The notes under the pieces were generated by a model. The model ran no database searches. It had not been told where the DNA came from and saw only the letters and a program-made list of their open reading frames with translations. Below are positions 11,254-21,271 of a stretch of DNA of 64,000 nt, piece by piece. A program made the position numbers and the translations under genes. How positions within the stretch are numbered: position 1 is the first letter of the stretch; the number at the start of each line of letters is the position of its first letter. The DNA comes from Nitrospirota bacterium (lineage in GTDB: Bacteria > Nitrospirota > UBA9217). The stretch is from the NCBI GenBank assembly GCA_963741205.1, contig CAVUHW010000015.1, forward strand, positions 64,001-128,000, in the 5' to 3' direction.

Positions 11254-11434
11254 CGGAACGAGATTCGAATTGCGGATGCAGAATGTTACATCGAGATGCA
11301 CGAAGAGCAATTCATTGTACCTTGAAGCAGGACGCAGTCTGGCTGACAGCCGGGAATTTCTTCCGGTATTCTTTATGCTGACGTTCTATCGAGCTTCAAT
11401 CTGCATTCCATAACATTTGATTAAAGGAGGTTTT

Positions 11435-11626
11435 ATGGACCTTGATGATGTGATTCTGGAACTTTACCGGCTTGCGGAGACGAAGGCCTGGGAGGGAATG
11501 GCGACCGATGAAGCACTCTCGGCGGCGATCGAGGGTATGGAGCAGATCTGGGAGCTGAGGCAGGCCGACAAGAGAAGGGTCGCGATGGTCAATGCAAACA
11601 AGAAGCAGCCGCGGATATGGTGCTAG
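11435..11626 (+). CDS. Small hypothetical protein (63 aa)
   Basis: Strong RBS aaggagg before ATG 11435. Confidence 0.6.
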   Translation: MDLDDVILELYRLAETKAWEGMATDEALSAAIEGMEQIWELRQADKRRVAMVNANKKQPRIWC

Positions 11627-11645
11627 AATTCAACGTACAAAAAAC

Positions 11646-11674
11646 TTGACATTTGATGGATATGACTTTACAGT
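11646..11674 (+). promoter_or_regulatory. Sigma70 promoter
   Basis: TTGACA-17-TACAGT. Confidence 0.6.
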
Positions 11675-11813
11675 AGCAGTGTAAGAATGTTTACGAGTAC
11701 GGTTGACCGCAGATCTCGCAGCATCGGCCGGCCCGATCAGCATTCCCAGGCCGTACGCGTTATTCCGCCCGCGGACACAGCGGGTCATCAGCTTATCAAG
11801 GAGGGCAACACGT

Positions 11814-12149
11814 ATGGCTATTGAGAGGATCATGCAGTACGAGTGCAGGGTTTGCGGAAGAAAGATCGACGTGACGAGGACAGGAGACGTGTACGAGGAG
11901 CCTGTGTATTGCTGCGGTCTGGAAGCGACTGAAATCAACGCGCCGCAAGCGCCTTCCGCTCCGGTAGCCATACCCGTGAGGAAACCGGCGGCAAAGAAGG
12001 CGAAGAAAAAGGCAGCGACAAAGAAAGCAGCGAAGAAAAAAGCGGTGACGAAGAAAGCGGCGAAGAAAAAGGTGACCAAGAAAAAAGCCGCCAAGAAGAA
12101 GGCTGCCAAAAAGGCTGTAAAAAAGAAGGCGGCAAAGAAAAGAAGGTAA
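11814..12149 (+). CDS. Desulforedoxin-like CxxC...CC domain fused to histone H1-like Lys/Ala tail
   Basis: YECRVCG...VYCCG followed by repeated KKAAKKK; RBS aaggagg. Confidence 0.75.
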   Translation: MAIERIMQYECRVCGRKIDVTRTGDVYEEPVYCCGLEATEINAPQAPSAPVAIPVRKPAAKKAKKKAATKKAAKKKAVTKKAAKKKVTKKKAAKKKAAKKAVKKKAAKKRR

Positions 12150-12167
12150 TATTCTCCTCGTTTCCCG

Positions 12168-12200
12168 AAGGGCTTCCGGCGCAATCCGGAGGCCCTTTTC
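12168..12200 (+). terminator. Intrinsic terminator
   Basis: aagggcttccgg-cgcaat-ccggaggccctt followed by tt. Confidence 0.75.
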
Positions 12201-12230
12201 TGTTTGTTCTGCCATTTCCGAATTAATATC

Positions 12231-12259
12231 TTGACTAATGATTCTCCGGGCTTTAGGAT
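12231..12259 (+). promoter_or_regulatory. Sigma70 promoter directly ahead of ttcA ATG (leaderless-like)
   Basis: TTGACT-17-TAGGAT; ATG 7 nt after the -10; no SD. Confidence 0.55.
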
Positions 12260-12266
12260 TCAGCCC

Positions 12267-13034
12267 ATGCAGAACCTGGACCGGATGGAGCACGACATAC
12301 GGCGGCTTGCGGGCAGGGCCATCGGTGATTATGGCCTGGTCGAGGACGGCGACCGCATACTCGTCGCGCTGTCAGGCGGCAAGGACAGCTTTACGCTGCT
12401 CCGCATTCTCCAAAGCCTTCAAAAGCGGGCGCCGGTGGCATTCTCCCTCATCGCCGTAACGGTCCATCCGGGGTTCCCCGGCTTTCAGACGCAACGTATC
12501 GAGGATTATCTCGAAACACGCGGCGTCGAGCACCGGGTCGTCCATGCCCCGATCCACAAGCTCATGATCGAGAAGCTGACGCCGGATGATACTCCCTGCG
12601 CCCTCTGCGCCCGGCTGAAGCGCGGCGTGCTGTATACTCAGGCGCGCGAGCTGGGCTGCACCAAGATCGCCCTCGGACATCACCGGGACGATTTCATCGA
12701 GACGCTCCTTTTAAACCAGTTCTACAACGGCAAGATCAAGGCCATGGCCCCGCTGCTCCGGGCCGACGACGGGAGGAACGTCGTGATCCGGCCGCTCGTA
12801 TACGTTCCGGAGGACGATATTATCCGCTTCGCCGTTCTTGCGGGCTTTCCCGTAACTTGCTGCGCCTGTCCGGCATGCGGGGACCAGGACCTGAAACGGT
12901 CCAGGATCAAGGGCCTGCTCGCGGCGCTGGAGCAGGAGCAGCCCGGGGTCAAGGCAAGCCTCCTGGCCGCGCTTGCCGACGTGGACTGCCGCCATCTCCT
13001 CGTGAAAGCGGATGAGGTAGGAAGTAGGAAGTAA
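12267..13034 (+). CDS. ttcA: tRNA 2-thiocytidine(32) synthetase
   Basis: PP-loop SGGKDS, CALCARLKRG, ALGHHRDD, VIRPL. Confidence 0.9.
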   Translation: MQNLDRMEHDIRRLAGRAIGDYGLVEDGDRILVALSGGKDSFTLLRILQSLQKRAPVAFSLIAVTVHPGFPGFQTQRIEDYLETRGVEHRVVHAPIHKLMIEKLTPDDTPCALCARLKRGVLYTQARELGCTKIALGHHRDDFIETLLLNQFYNGKIKAMAPLLRADDGRNVVIRPLVYVPEDDIIRFAVLAGFPVTCCACPACGDQDLKRSRIKGLLAALEQEQPGVKASLLAALADVDCRHLLVKADEVGSRK

Positions 13035-13061
13035 GAAGTAGGAAGAAGAAGTAAGAAGTAG
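13017..13061 (+). repeat. Heptamer tandem repeat (gtaRgaa)n overlapping the ttcA stop
   Basis: gtaggaa gtaggaa gtaagaa gtaggaa g-aagaa gtaagaa. Confidence 0.8.
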
Positions 13062-13082
13062 AGAAGGGTGGAGACACCTGTA

Positions 13083-13111
13083 TTGCATCGAGGGCGGTTT
13101 TTGCTTATAAT
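13083..13111 (+). promoter_or_regulatory. Sigma70 promoter, leaderless-like
   Basis: TTGCAT-17-TATAAT; ATG 6 nt after the -10; no SD. Confidence 0.6.
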
Positions 13112-13117
13112 AACGCC

Positions 13118-13282
13118 ATGGTTTACAAAGTCGTAGAAACGAGCACGGTAACGGACGAAGAGCTCGAGAGGATACTGAACGAGTGGACGGACAAGGGATT
13201 CGCCTTCGAGAGCATCCAGTTCGTCACCTCGGTCTCCTCCAAGCGGCCGACGATGGCCTTTGTTTTTTTCACGAAGACTTGA
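13118..13282 (+). CDS. DUF4177-like small protein (54 aa; below ORF-track cutoff)
   Basis: MVYKVVETSTVTDEELERILNEWTDKGFAFESIQFVTSVSSKRPTMAFVFFTKT. Confidence 0.75.
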   Translation: MVYKVVETSTVTDEELERILNEWTDKGFAFESIQFVTSVSSKRPTMAFVFFTKT

Positions 13283-13472
13283 GTCCCGATCAGTTACCGC
13301 AAAGACCGCACCATTTGAAAATTTCCCCCTGCCAACGGTCAAATCCCGAATAAATCTCCGGTCCAAAATTCTTCTATCCCCATTGCAAGCAAGGGTGAGT
13401 CGCGGGTCCTCTCGGGACGCAGAAGACGTCCGAAAAACGGATAAAAATCCTTTTCTCTCAAGATGTTCGTAA

Positions 13473-13501
13473 TTGACAACAGTTGCGGTAAAGAGTATAA
13501 T
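13473..13501 (+). promoter_or_regulatory. Consensus sigma70 promoter of the T2SS operon
   Basis: TTGACA-17-TATAAT. Confidence 0.8.
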
Positions 13502-13545
13502 TTTTTTGGAAGAGCCTCAAGGGGCGCTACTGCGACATAAGGACC

Positions 13546-14376
13546 ATGAAAGAAGAAAAAACAATATATACATTGGCGCTTGTCGCGTTTCTCACCGTGT
13601 CGGCGTATTTTCTGGCAGATACCATCGACGCCATGATCGGTCGGAGTCTCTCTGCCGCGCCGATGTACACTTCGCCGGCTGAGGGCAGCCGCTCCGTTTT
13701 GCAGCCGCGGCGCGAACTCTCCGACTACTCGTCCATTCTTGAGCGCGGACTCTTCGGCGAAGGCAAGGGCCCGTCAAGCGGACCCGCTGCCGCGGAATCG
13801 ACGTCCTATAAACTCATCGGCACTGTTGAAGGGGCGGCATTCTCCGGCGCCGTGCTCGAGGACAGCACCGGCCAGGCCTTCTACCGCATCAACCAGAAGC
13901 TGCCCGACGGATCGGCCATCGTGAAGGTCATGCGCGACAAGGTCACCCTGAAGAGGTCTGACGGCGTGAGCGTGAACCTGGAACTCGTCGACGACACGAA
14001 AATCGTCACCATGAAGCCGAACGGCGCGGGAAGCGACAGTGTGAAGAAACTTTCGAGCGGCAAGTTCATGGTCGACCAGAAAGAGGTGCTCGCGAGCACC
14101 GAGAACATGAACCAGATCCTGACGCAGGCCAGGGCAGTGCCTTTCCAGGAGCAGGGGAAGACCGTCGGGTTCAAGATCAGCGAGATCGTGCCCGGCAGCA
14201 TCTACGAGAAAATCGGGCTCGTGAACGGCGACGTCATCCAACGGGTCAATTCGCAGGATGTGGACGATCCGGCCAAGTTCTTCCAGCTCTACCAGGGGCT
14301 CCGGAACGAGAGGAACATTTCGATAGACCTGATCCGGAGCGGCCAACGCACGACCCTGAACTACGAAATTCGGTAA
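13546..14376 (+). CDS. gspC: Type II secretion protein C (HR + PDZ)
   Basis: N-terminal TM, LIGTVEG HR domain, GFKISEIVPGSIYEKIGLVNGDVI PDZ; first gene of the cluster. Confidence 0.85.
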   Translation: MKEEKTIYTLALVAFLTVSAYFLADTIDAMIGRSLSAAPMYTSPAEGSRSVLQPRRELSDYSSILERGLFGEGKGPSSGPAAAESTSYKLIGTVEGAAFSGAVLEDSTGQAFYRINQKLPDGSAIVKVMRDKVTLKRSDGVSVNLELVDDTKIVTMKPNGAGSDSVKKLSSGKFMVDQKEVLASTENMNQILTQARAVPFQEQGKTVGFKISEIVPGSIYEKIGLVNGDVIQRVNSQDVDDPAKFFQLYQGLRNERNISIDLIRSGQRTTLNYEIR

Positions 14377-14385
14377 GCAAAGCAG

Positions 14386-14490
14386 AACCGGGGAACCGGG
14401 GAGAATAAAAACCGACGGAGAGAATCTGAGAAACGGAGAAAAAGTTTTACTCATGCCTACCCTTCTCCCGTTCGCCGATTCCCCATTCGG
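14386..14490. repeat. Octamer-period inverted-repeat remnant between gspC and gspD
   Basis: aaccggggaaccgggga...acggagag...acggagaa on the left; ttctcccgttcgccgattccccattc on the right. Confidence 0.55.
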
Positions 14491-14549
14491 CTCAGATGTC
14501 CTTTCAGCGGTTTGTATTTCCCGATCAATTCAAATCACGGAGGCAATGA

Positions 14550-16600
14550 GTGAAAAATAAAGCGGCCCTGCTGCTCCTGATAGGGCTTGTGTGCGCGCCT
14601 TTCGTATATGCCCAGGACCAGGAACCTCAAGCGCCTGCGGCCACTGCTTCCCCTGAAGGCCGGACCAAAACCAAAAAGACCAAATCGGGGGACGACTTCG
14701 TCACCCTCAATTTCACGAACATCGATATCAGCGCCCTCGTCAAGGTGATGAGCGAACTGACGCGGAGAAACTTCATCCTCGACGAGCGGGTGGCGGGCAA
14801 GGTCACGCTCATGACTCCGACGAAGATCTCGCCCGACGAGGCCTACCAGGTTTTTCTCTCGGCACTCGAGATCAAGGGCTTCACCGCGGTGGAGGACGGC
14901 AAGGTCATCCGTATCATTCCGGCGGCCACGGCCCGCCAGAGCGGCCTCAAGGTGTTACAGGACGGCGAGATGAGGGGCGAGGGATTCGTGACCAAGCTCA
15001 TCCGGATGAACTTCGTCAACCCCCAGGAGATCGTCCGCACCATCACGCCGCTCGTTACGAAGGACGGCAGCCTTATCGCCTATCCCACCACCAACTCGGT
15101 CATCATCACCGATTCGGTGTCCAATATCAGGAAGATCGAAAGTCTGATCCACGCGATGGATGTGGCCGCGCCCGAGGGCAAGGGCAAGATCAACGTCTAC
15201 TACCTCAGGAACGCCAGCTCCGAGGACATCGCCAAGCTGATGCAGGCCCTGGTGTCGCGGCTGCCCGTGCCGCCCGCGGGCGGGGCGGCCGCTCCCGCCG
15301 GGCCCTCGACGATCCTGGAGGGGAGCCGTCACCATCACGTCGGACAAGGCGACCAATTCGCTCATCATCGTCGGCTCGCCCGGCGATTTCGAGATCATGA
15401 AGGACGTGATCCAGAAACTCGACATCAGGCGCCGCCAGGTCTACGTCGAGGTCGCTATTATCGAAATGAGCTTGTCGAAGTCGCGCGAACTCGGGTTCGA
15501 GTTCCAGGCGCCGGTAAAAACGAGCAGCCTGGCCGAAAATGCCACATCAGCACAGCGCTGTGGGCGGCACCAACTTCGGCAACATAGGCCCCGCGATCGC
15601 AGGGGGACCTGCTGCTTTTGCACAGATAAACGGCCTGGCCGTGGGCGCGATCAAGGGCACCTTCACCTTCAAGGGCCAGCAGTTTTTGAGCGTAGGCGCA
15701 CTTCTTCATGCTCTCCAGACAGACTCTGATGTCAATGTGCTGTCAACGCCGAATATCCTCACCATGGATAACCAGAAGGCCGAGATCATGGTGGGACAGA
15801 ATGTTCCCTTTATCACGGGCCAGACGCAGAATGCGGTAACCGGCAGCCAGACCCTGTTTAACTCGGTCAACCGGCAGGACGTAGGCATCAAATTGTCGCT
15901 CACGCCGCAAATCGCCTCCGATGATAATGTCCGGCTCGATGTCAATCAGGAAATCTCCGATGTGATTGCTTCCACCAGCGCAAATGCCGCGGGCCCCACG
16001 ACCAGCAAACGTTCCGCGAGCACGACCGTTGTTGTGAAAGACCGCCAGACCATGGTCATCGGCGGCTTGATCCGCGACAACGTCACATCGTCTGAGTCGA
16101 AGGTGCCGTTCCTGGGCGATATCCCTCTCCTGGGCTGGCTTTTCAAGACCAAAACAACCACCATTGACAAAGCCAATCTCATGATCTTCATTACGCCCTA
16201 TATCATCAAAAGCGAGGGTGAGGGCACGGATCTGACCACGAGGACAAACGAGAAACTCGAAGATTTCCGGAAGGAATACCACATCGAGAAAAAAAGGTAC
16301 CTCCCTCCGCCATCCCGCCGAAAACGGGCGGAGCATCAGAACCGCCTGCTGTTGTCGTGCCGGGCTTGATGGAGAGGATGCCCCTTCCGGGACTGAAGTC
16401 GCAGCCCCGTGACAACCGCGCCTGCCAATATCCAGGAAAAGCCTGCGTCGGAACTGAAGACCGATACCTCCGTTACCGTCCCACAAAACAACAGTCCGTC
16501 TCAGGACGGAAGCCTCCCTCCTCCTGAGATAAAGACTGAGGTGACCCCTACGGCCCAGTCCCCTGTGAAATCCGAAACTCCCCAGGAGGGCGTGCGGTGA
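14550..16600 (+). CDS. gspD: Type II secretion secretin D (frameshifted)
   Basis: VTLNFTNIDI, LDIRRRQVYVEVAIIE, NVLSTPNILTMDNQKAEIMVG, KVPFLGDIPLLGWLF. Confidence 0.92.
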
Positions 16601-18286
16601 GACGCCTGCTCGGCGAGATACTCGTTGAGTCCGGGCTTTCTTCGGAGCGGCTCAAGAAGGCGCTCGACCTCCAGAAGAAGCGGGGCGGACGGATCGGCAC
16701 GCTCCTCATGCGCCTTACCTTCGTGACCGAGGAGGACGTGCTCAAGGCGCTCGGGGTCGCAGCTCGGTCTTCCCTACCAATCAGACCTGGGCGAGATCGA
16801 CCGCGAACTCGCGCTCAAGGTGCCGATCACGTATGCCAAGAAGGCCGTGGTCCTTCCGCTCCGGCGGGAGAACGGCACGGTCATTGCGGCCACATCTGAA
16901 CCGCTCAACCTTTCCACGGTCGACGATCTCGCGGCGCTCCTGGGCGCCGACATCTCGCTCTGCCTGGCCCCCACCGAACAAATCCTCGACACCGTCAACC
17001 GCCTCCACAGCGAAGGGCATGAACCGGGCCGAGGACACGGTGCAGGAGATGGAGGAAGAGGACCTGTCGTTCCTCGCCGCCGAGCTCGACGAGCCCACGG
17101 ACCTGCTGGAGGCCACCGACGACGCGCCGATCATCAGGCTGGTGAACTCGCTCCTGTCGCAGGCCATCCGCGAGCGCGCGAGCGACATCCACATCGAGCC
17201 CTTCGAGAAGGAAATGATCGCCCGCTTCCGCATCGACGGTATCCTGTACAACATCCTGACCATCCAGAAGCGCTTCCAGGCGAGCATCGCGTCGCGCGTC
17301 AAGATCATGTCGGGCCTGAACATCGCGGAAAAGCGGCTCCCGCAGGACGGCGGCATGCGGATCAAGATCGGCGGAAAGGACGTGGACATCCGCGTCTCCA
17401 TCGTGCCCACGGCCTTCGGCGAGCGAATCGTGCTCCGGCTCCTGTATCGCGAGAGCGCACTGTTGCCGCTCGATCAGATCGGCTTTACCGGCGACACGCT
17501 GACCCGGTTCAATGAGATTGATCAACGCGGCCCCACGGGATCATCCTCGTGACGGGCCCCACGGGCAGCGGCAAGACCACGACGCTCTACGCGGCGCTCT
17601 CGAAAATCAACTCGCCGGACAAGAACATCATCACCATCGAGGACCCTATCGAGTACCAGCTCAAGGGCATCGGCCAGATCCAGGTGAACCCCAAGATCCA
17701 ACTGACCTTCGCGGCGGGGCTGCGCTCCGTGCTCCGTCAGGACCCGGACGTGATCCTCGTGGGCGAGGTCCGGGACTCGGAGACCGCCGAGATCGCGATC
17801 CAGGCGGCGCTCACGGGACATCTTGTGTTCTCCACGCTTCACACGAATGACGCGGCCGGGGCCGTGACGAGGTTGATCGACATGAAGATCGAGCCGTTCC
17901 TCATCTCCTCCTCGGTCATGGCGATCCTCGCCCAGCGGCTGGTGCGCGTGCTCTGTAAACACTGCCGGGAACCCTACCCGATCACGGCCGCCGAGATAGC
18001 GGAGCTCGAGATCAAGACGGGCGCGCAGGGGGCGACTGTGTACCGCGCGAAGGGCTGCGAGGCCTGCTTTCACACCGGCTACCTCGGCAGGAGCGCGATC
18101 TACGAGCTCTTGACCGTGGACGATGACATCCGCCAGTTCATCATGAAAAATACCGACGCAGCCACGATCAAGGCGCAGGCCATGAACAGGGGCATGCACA
18201 CGCTGCGGCAGGACGGCGCGGAAAGGGTCCTCGCCGGAGTCACGTCCGTGGATGAAGTGGTGCGGGTGACGCAGAAAGAAGCGTAG
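16597..18286 (+). CDS. gspE: Type II secretion ATPase E (frameshifted)
   Basis: [50 protein letters not shown]. Confidence 0.93.
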
Positions 18287-18384
18287 GTCAGAAGACAGAA
18301 GTCAGAGATCAGAGCGAAGAGACCAGGAGACGACATGGTGTTCACCTTTGTCTATCTTCTGGCAACTCTGACACTCTGTACTTC
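18287..18384. repeat. Heptamer inverted-repeat element (gtcagaa / tctgac) between gspE and gspF
   Basis: gtcagaagacagaagtcagagatcaga on the left; ctctgacactctgtacttc on the right. Confidence 0.6.
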
Positions 18385-18397
18385 GTGATTGCAATCC

Positions 18398-19621
18398 ATG
18401 CCCGTTTACGAATATAAAGGCGTGACCGCTGCGGGGAAAAAGGTCTCCGGCGTCCAGGATGCCGAGAGCCTGAAGGCGGTAAGGTCGAGGCTTAAAAAAG
18501 ACGGCGTCACCGTCCTCGATATCCACGAGGGCGCGACTTTGCGTTCCGCCCGGCTTGGCTCGCCGGCAATGAAGCTTCGGCGCCCGGGTGAAGCTCGGCG
18601 ATCTTGCCAACGCGACGCGCCAACTTGCCACGCTCCTGTCATCGGGTCTTCCGCTGATGGAGGCCCTGTCGGTGCTCGTGGAGCAGGAGGAAAACGAGCG
18701 CCTGAAGGCGGCCATGTCGTCGGTGCGGGACTCGGTGCGCGAGGGCGCATCACTTGCCGACGCCCTCCATGGAGAACCCCACGCGTCTTCTCGCAGCTCT
18801 ACGTCAACATGGTCTCAGCCGGGGAGACGAGCGGGACCCTCGATATCACACTGGACCGGCTCGCGGATTTTCTGGACGAACAGGTCCGGTTTCGCGGCAG
18901 GATTTCCGCCGCCCTGGCTTATCCGGCCTTCATGACGGTCATTGGGGCGAGCATGCTCTTTTTTATCTTCAGCTTCGTGATGCCCCGCGTGGTTGGCATG
19001 TTCCAGGACATGAAGCAGCAGCTCCCGCTGATCACGCTCATTCTCCTCGCCACGGTGCGGTTTCTTTCGAACTTCTGGTGGGCGATCCTGCTGGTCATTG
19101 CCGGGGGCGTCTATTATGTCCGCCGGTATCTGCGCACGCAGGCGGGCAGGGAGGCCTTCGACGCGCGCATCCTCAGGATGCCGGTCTTCGGGAGCCTCAT
19201 CCGCATGATCGCCGTGTCGCGGTTCACTCGCACCCTCGGGACACTGCTTGAGAGCGGCGTGCCGGCGCTCACCGCCCTTGACATCGTGAAGAGCGTCGTA
19301 GGTAACACCGTCCTCGCGAACGCCATCCAGAAGGCTCGGGAAAACGTGCGGGAAGGCGAGCCCATCGCAGACCCCTTGAAGAGAAGCGGACTGTTCCCGC
19401 CCGTGGTGGTGCAGATGGTCGCCGTGGGCGAGAAGAGCGGGGAGCTCGAGAAGATGCTGCTCAAGATCTCCGACTCCTTCGACCGCACCGTCGAGACGCG
19501 GATCACGGCCCTCATGGCGCTCATGGAGCCGGTGATCATCCTCGCCATGGGCCTGATCATCGGGTTCATCGTGATCGCCATCATGCTGCCGATGCTCGAG
19601 ATGAGCTCGGGGGTGCGGTGA
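18398..19621 (+). CDS. gspF: Type II secretion inner-membrane protein F (compensating internal frameshifts)
   Basis: MPVYEYKG, TRQLATLLSSGLPL (alternate frame), AGETSGTL, VGEKSGELEKML. Confidence 0.92.
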   Translation: MPVYEYKGVTAAGKKVSGVQDAESLKAVRSRLKKDGVTVLDIHEGATLRSARLGSPAMKLRRPGEARRSCQRDAPTCHAPVIGSSADGGPVGARGAGGKRAPEGGHVVGAGLGARGRITCRRPPWRTPRVFSQLYVNMVSAGETSGTLDITLDRLADFLDEQVRFRGRISAALAYPAFMTVIGASMLFFIFSFVMPRVVGMFQDMKQQLPLITLILLATVRFLSNFWWAILLVIAGGVYYVRRYLRTQAGREAFDARILRMPVFGSLIRMIAVSRFTRTLGTLLESGVPALTALDIVKSVVGNTVLANAIQKARENVREGEPIADPLKRSGLFPPVVVQMVAVGEKSGELEKMLLKISDSFDRTVETRITALMALMEPVIILAMGLIIGFIVIAIMLPMLEMSSGVR

Positions 19622-19634
19622 AAATAAGTTCATT

Positions 19635-19729
19635 AACCACAGATGAACACAGATGGGCACTGTTTAAGACTTAAGAAATGAAAAATTATTAATCTTTAAA
19701 CCTGTGTTAATCTGTGTTCATCTGTGGTT
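19635..19729. repeat. Empty 10-nt-period inverted-repeat element (perfect 20-bp arms)
   Basis: aaccacagatgaacacagat ... atctgtgttcatctgtggtt. Confidence 0.9.
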
Positions 19730-19752
19730 TCAATTTTCTGAGGAGGTTTTGC

Positions 19753-20187
19753 ATGAAGAATCGGAAGGGTTTCACCCTCATTGAAATCATGGTCGTCATC
19801 ATCATCCTGGGTCTCTTGGCGGGCCTGGTGCTCCCCAAATTCCTCGGGCAGGAGGAGAAGGCCAAGGTCGAGGTGGCGAAGACGCAGATCCGCGCTCTTG
19901 AGGGGGCGCTGGACGCGTACAAGCTCGACAACGGGTTCTACCCCACGACCGACCAGGGACTGGACGCCCTGATCAAAAAGCCGGAAACGGGACGCATACC
20001 GGATAAGTGGCGGGAGGGCGGGTATCTGAAACCCGCGAGGATCCCGAAGGACCCCTGGGGCAAGGATTACGTCTACATCGCCCCGGGCAGCGAGAACAGG
20101 GAGTACGAGATCATTTCCTACGGCGCGGACGGCGAGCCCGGCGGCGAGGGCAACAACGCGGACATCGAGAGCTGGAAGATGCAATAA
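19753..20187 (+). CDS. gspG: Major pseudopilin G
   Basis: KG|FTLIEIMVV, YKLDNGFYPTTDQGL, KDPWG, SYGADG. Confidence 0.95.
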   Translation: MKNRKGFTLIEIMVVIIILGLLAGLVLPKFLGQEEKAKVEVAKTQIRALEGALDAYKLDNGFYPTTDQGLDALIKKPETGRIPDKWREGGYLKPARIPKDPWGKDYVYIAPGSENREYEIISYGADGEPGGEGNNADIESWKMQ

Positions 20188-20200
20188 TGCGGAATGCGGA

Positions 20201-20803
20201 ATGGATGCGCACCCCTCACCGCGTCCCTCTCCCCAGTGGGGAGAGGGGGGAAAAGAGAGTCCTCTCCCCCGCGGGGAGAGGATTAAGGTGAGGGGGGACT
20301 TATCGCATTCGAAAGGCTTCACCCTCATCGAGCTCACGGTCATCATCGTGATTCTGGGCGTCATGCTCTCGCTCATCATCCCCCGGCTCGGTGAGCTGGG
20401 CGAAGCGAACCTGAAGCGGAGCGCCAGGCACCTTACCGGGATGATCCGCTTCCTTCGGGACGAGGCGCAGGCGAAGAAATCCAGTTTCCGGCTGCGCTTC
20501 GACGTTGCGGAGGGACGATACTGGACCGAGGTTTTGACATTGAACCTCAGCGAGAAGACCGCCGAGTTCAGGCGGTATTCATCGGAAATGGGAACAGAGG
20601 GCAGTCTTTCAGGCCAGACGACATTGCGCGATGTCAAGGTTGCGAGCCATCCCGACGATCCGTATATCGAATTCTCGCCCACCGGATGGGTGGAGCACTC
20701 CTTGATCCATCTTCGTGACGGCGACGGACGGGATTTCACGCTCTTGGTCAATCCGCTCACCGGCAACACCGAACTCCGCGAGGGATATATCGAGGAGCGA
20801 TGA
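20201..20803 (+). CDS. gspH: Minor pseudopilin H with repeat-derived leader
   Basis: KG|FTLIELTVIIVILG; position in cluster. Confidence 0.8.
   Translation: MDAHPSPRPSPQWGEGGKESPLPRGERIKVRGDLSHSKGFTLIELTVIIVILGVMLSLIIPRLGELGEANLKRSARHLTGMIRFLRDEAQAKKSSFRLRFDVAEGRYWTEVLTLNLSEKTAEFRRYSSEMGTEGSLSGQTTLRDVKVASHPDDPYIEFSPTGWVEHSLIHLRDGDGRDFTLLVNPLTGNTELREGYIEER
20212..20297. repeat. GC-rich double-hairpin element inside the gspH leader-coding region
   Basis: cccctcacc...ccctctcccc-agt-ggggagaggg ... cctctccccc-gc-ggggagagg...ggtgagggg. Confidence 0.8.
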
Positions 20804-20808
20804 TGAAG

Positions 20809-20911
20809 AATTGCGGATTGCGATGGAAGTGCGGAAGGCAGGACTGATTCCGAATTCGGATTAGCTTGAATCGTTTACATTCCGCAATCCGCAATCCGCA
20901 ATCCGCAATCG
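20809..20911. repeat. Heptamer inverted-repeat element (ttgcgga / tccgcaa) at the gspH-gspI junction
   Basis: aattgcggattgcg on the left; (tccgcaa)x4 on the right. Confidence 0.85.
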
Positions 20912-21271
20912 AAGGGTTTCACTCTCCTCGAGGTCATGGTCGCCGTCTCGATCATGGCCATGGTGCTGGTGACCCTCATGGGGCTCAAAAACAGGTCCAT
21001 GCAGGACGTGGCGCTGGACGAGCATATCACCACGGCGACGATGCTGGCTGATGGGAAGATGCTGGAGACGATAAAATCACGGAACTTCGATGCAGTAGAA
21101 GAAGAGGGAGAATATCCAGCCGGGGAAAATCTTACGGAGTACACCTGGAAGAGAACAATCTCTAAAATACCGCTTCCCAACGGTACGTTGCTCACGGAGA
21201 TTCGTATTGCCACGCTGTGGAAAGAAGGCACGCGCCCGGAGATGGTGGAACTGGTGGACTATGAATTGTGA
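20870..21271 (+). CDS. gspI: Minor pseudopilin I (start codon unresolved)
   Basis: SKG|FTLLEVMVAVSIM in frame with 20936-21271; the frame is closed upstream by TGA 20867. Confidence 0.75.
   Translation: MVYIPQSAIRNPQSKGFTLLEVMVAVSIMAMVLVTLMGLKNRSMQDVALDEHITTATMLADGKMLETIKSRNFDAVEEEGEYPAGENLTEYTWKRTISKIPLPNGTLLTEIRIATLWKEGTRPEMVELVDYEL

Noticed and set aside
11630-12184. Phe/Ala-rich minus-strand membrane-like ORF
   Set aside because: Mirror of the Lys/Ala-rich plus-strand gene, which has the RBS, promoter and terminator
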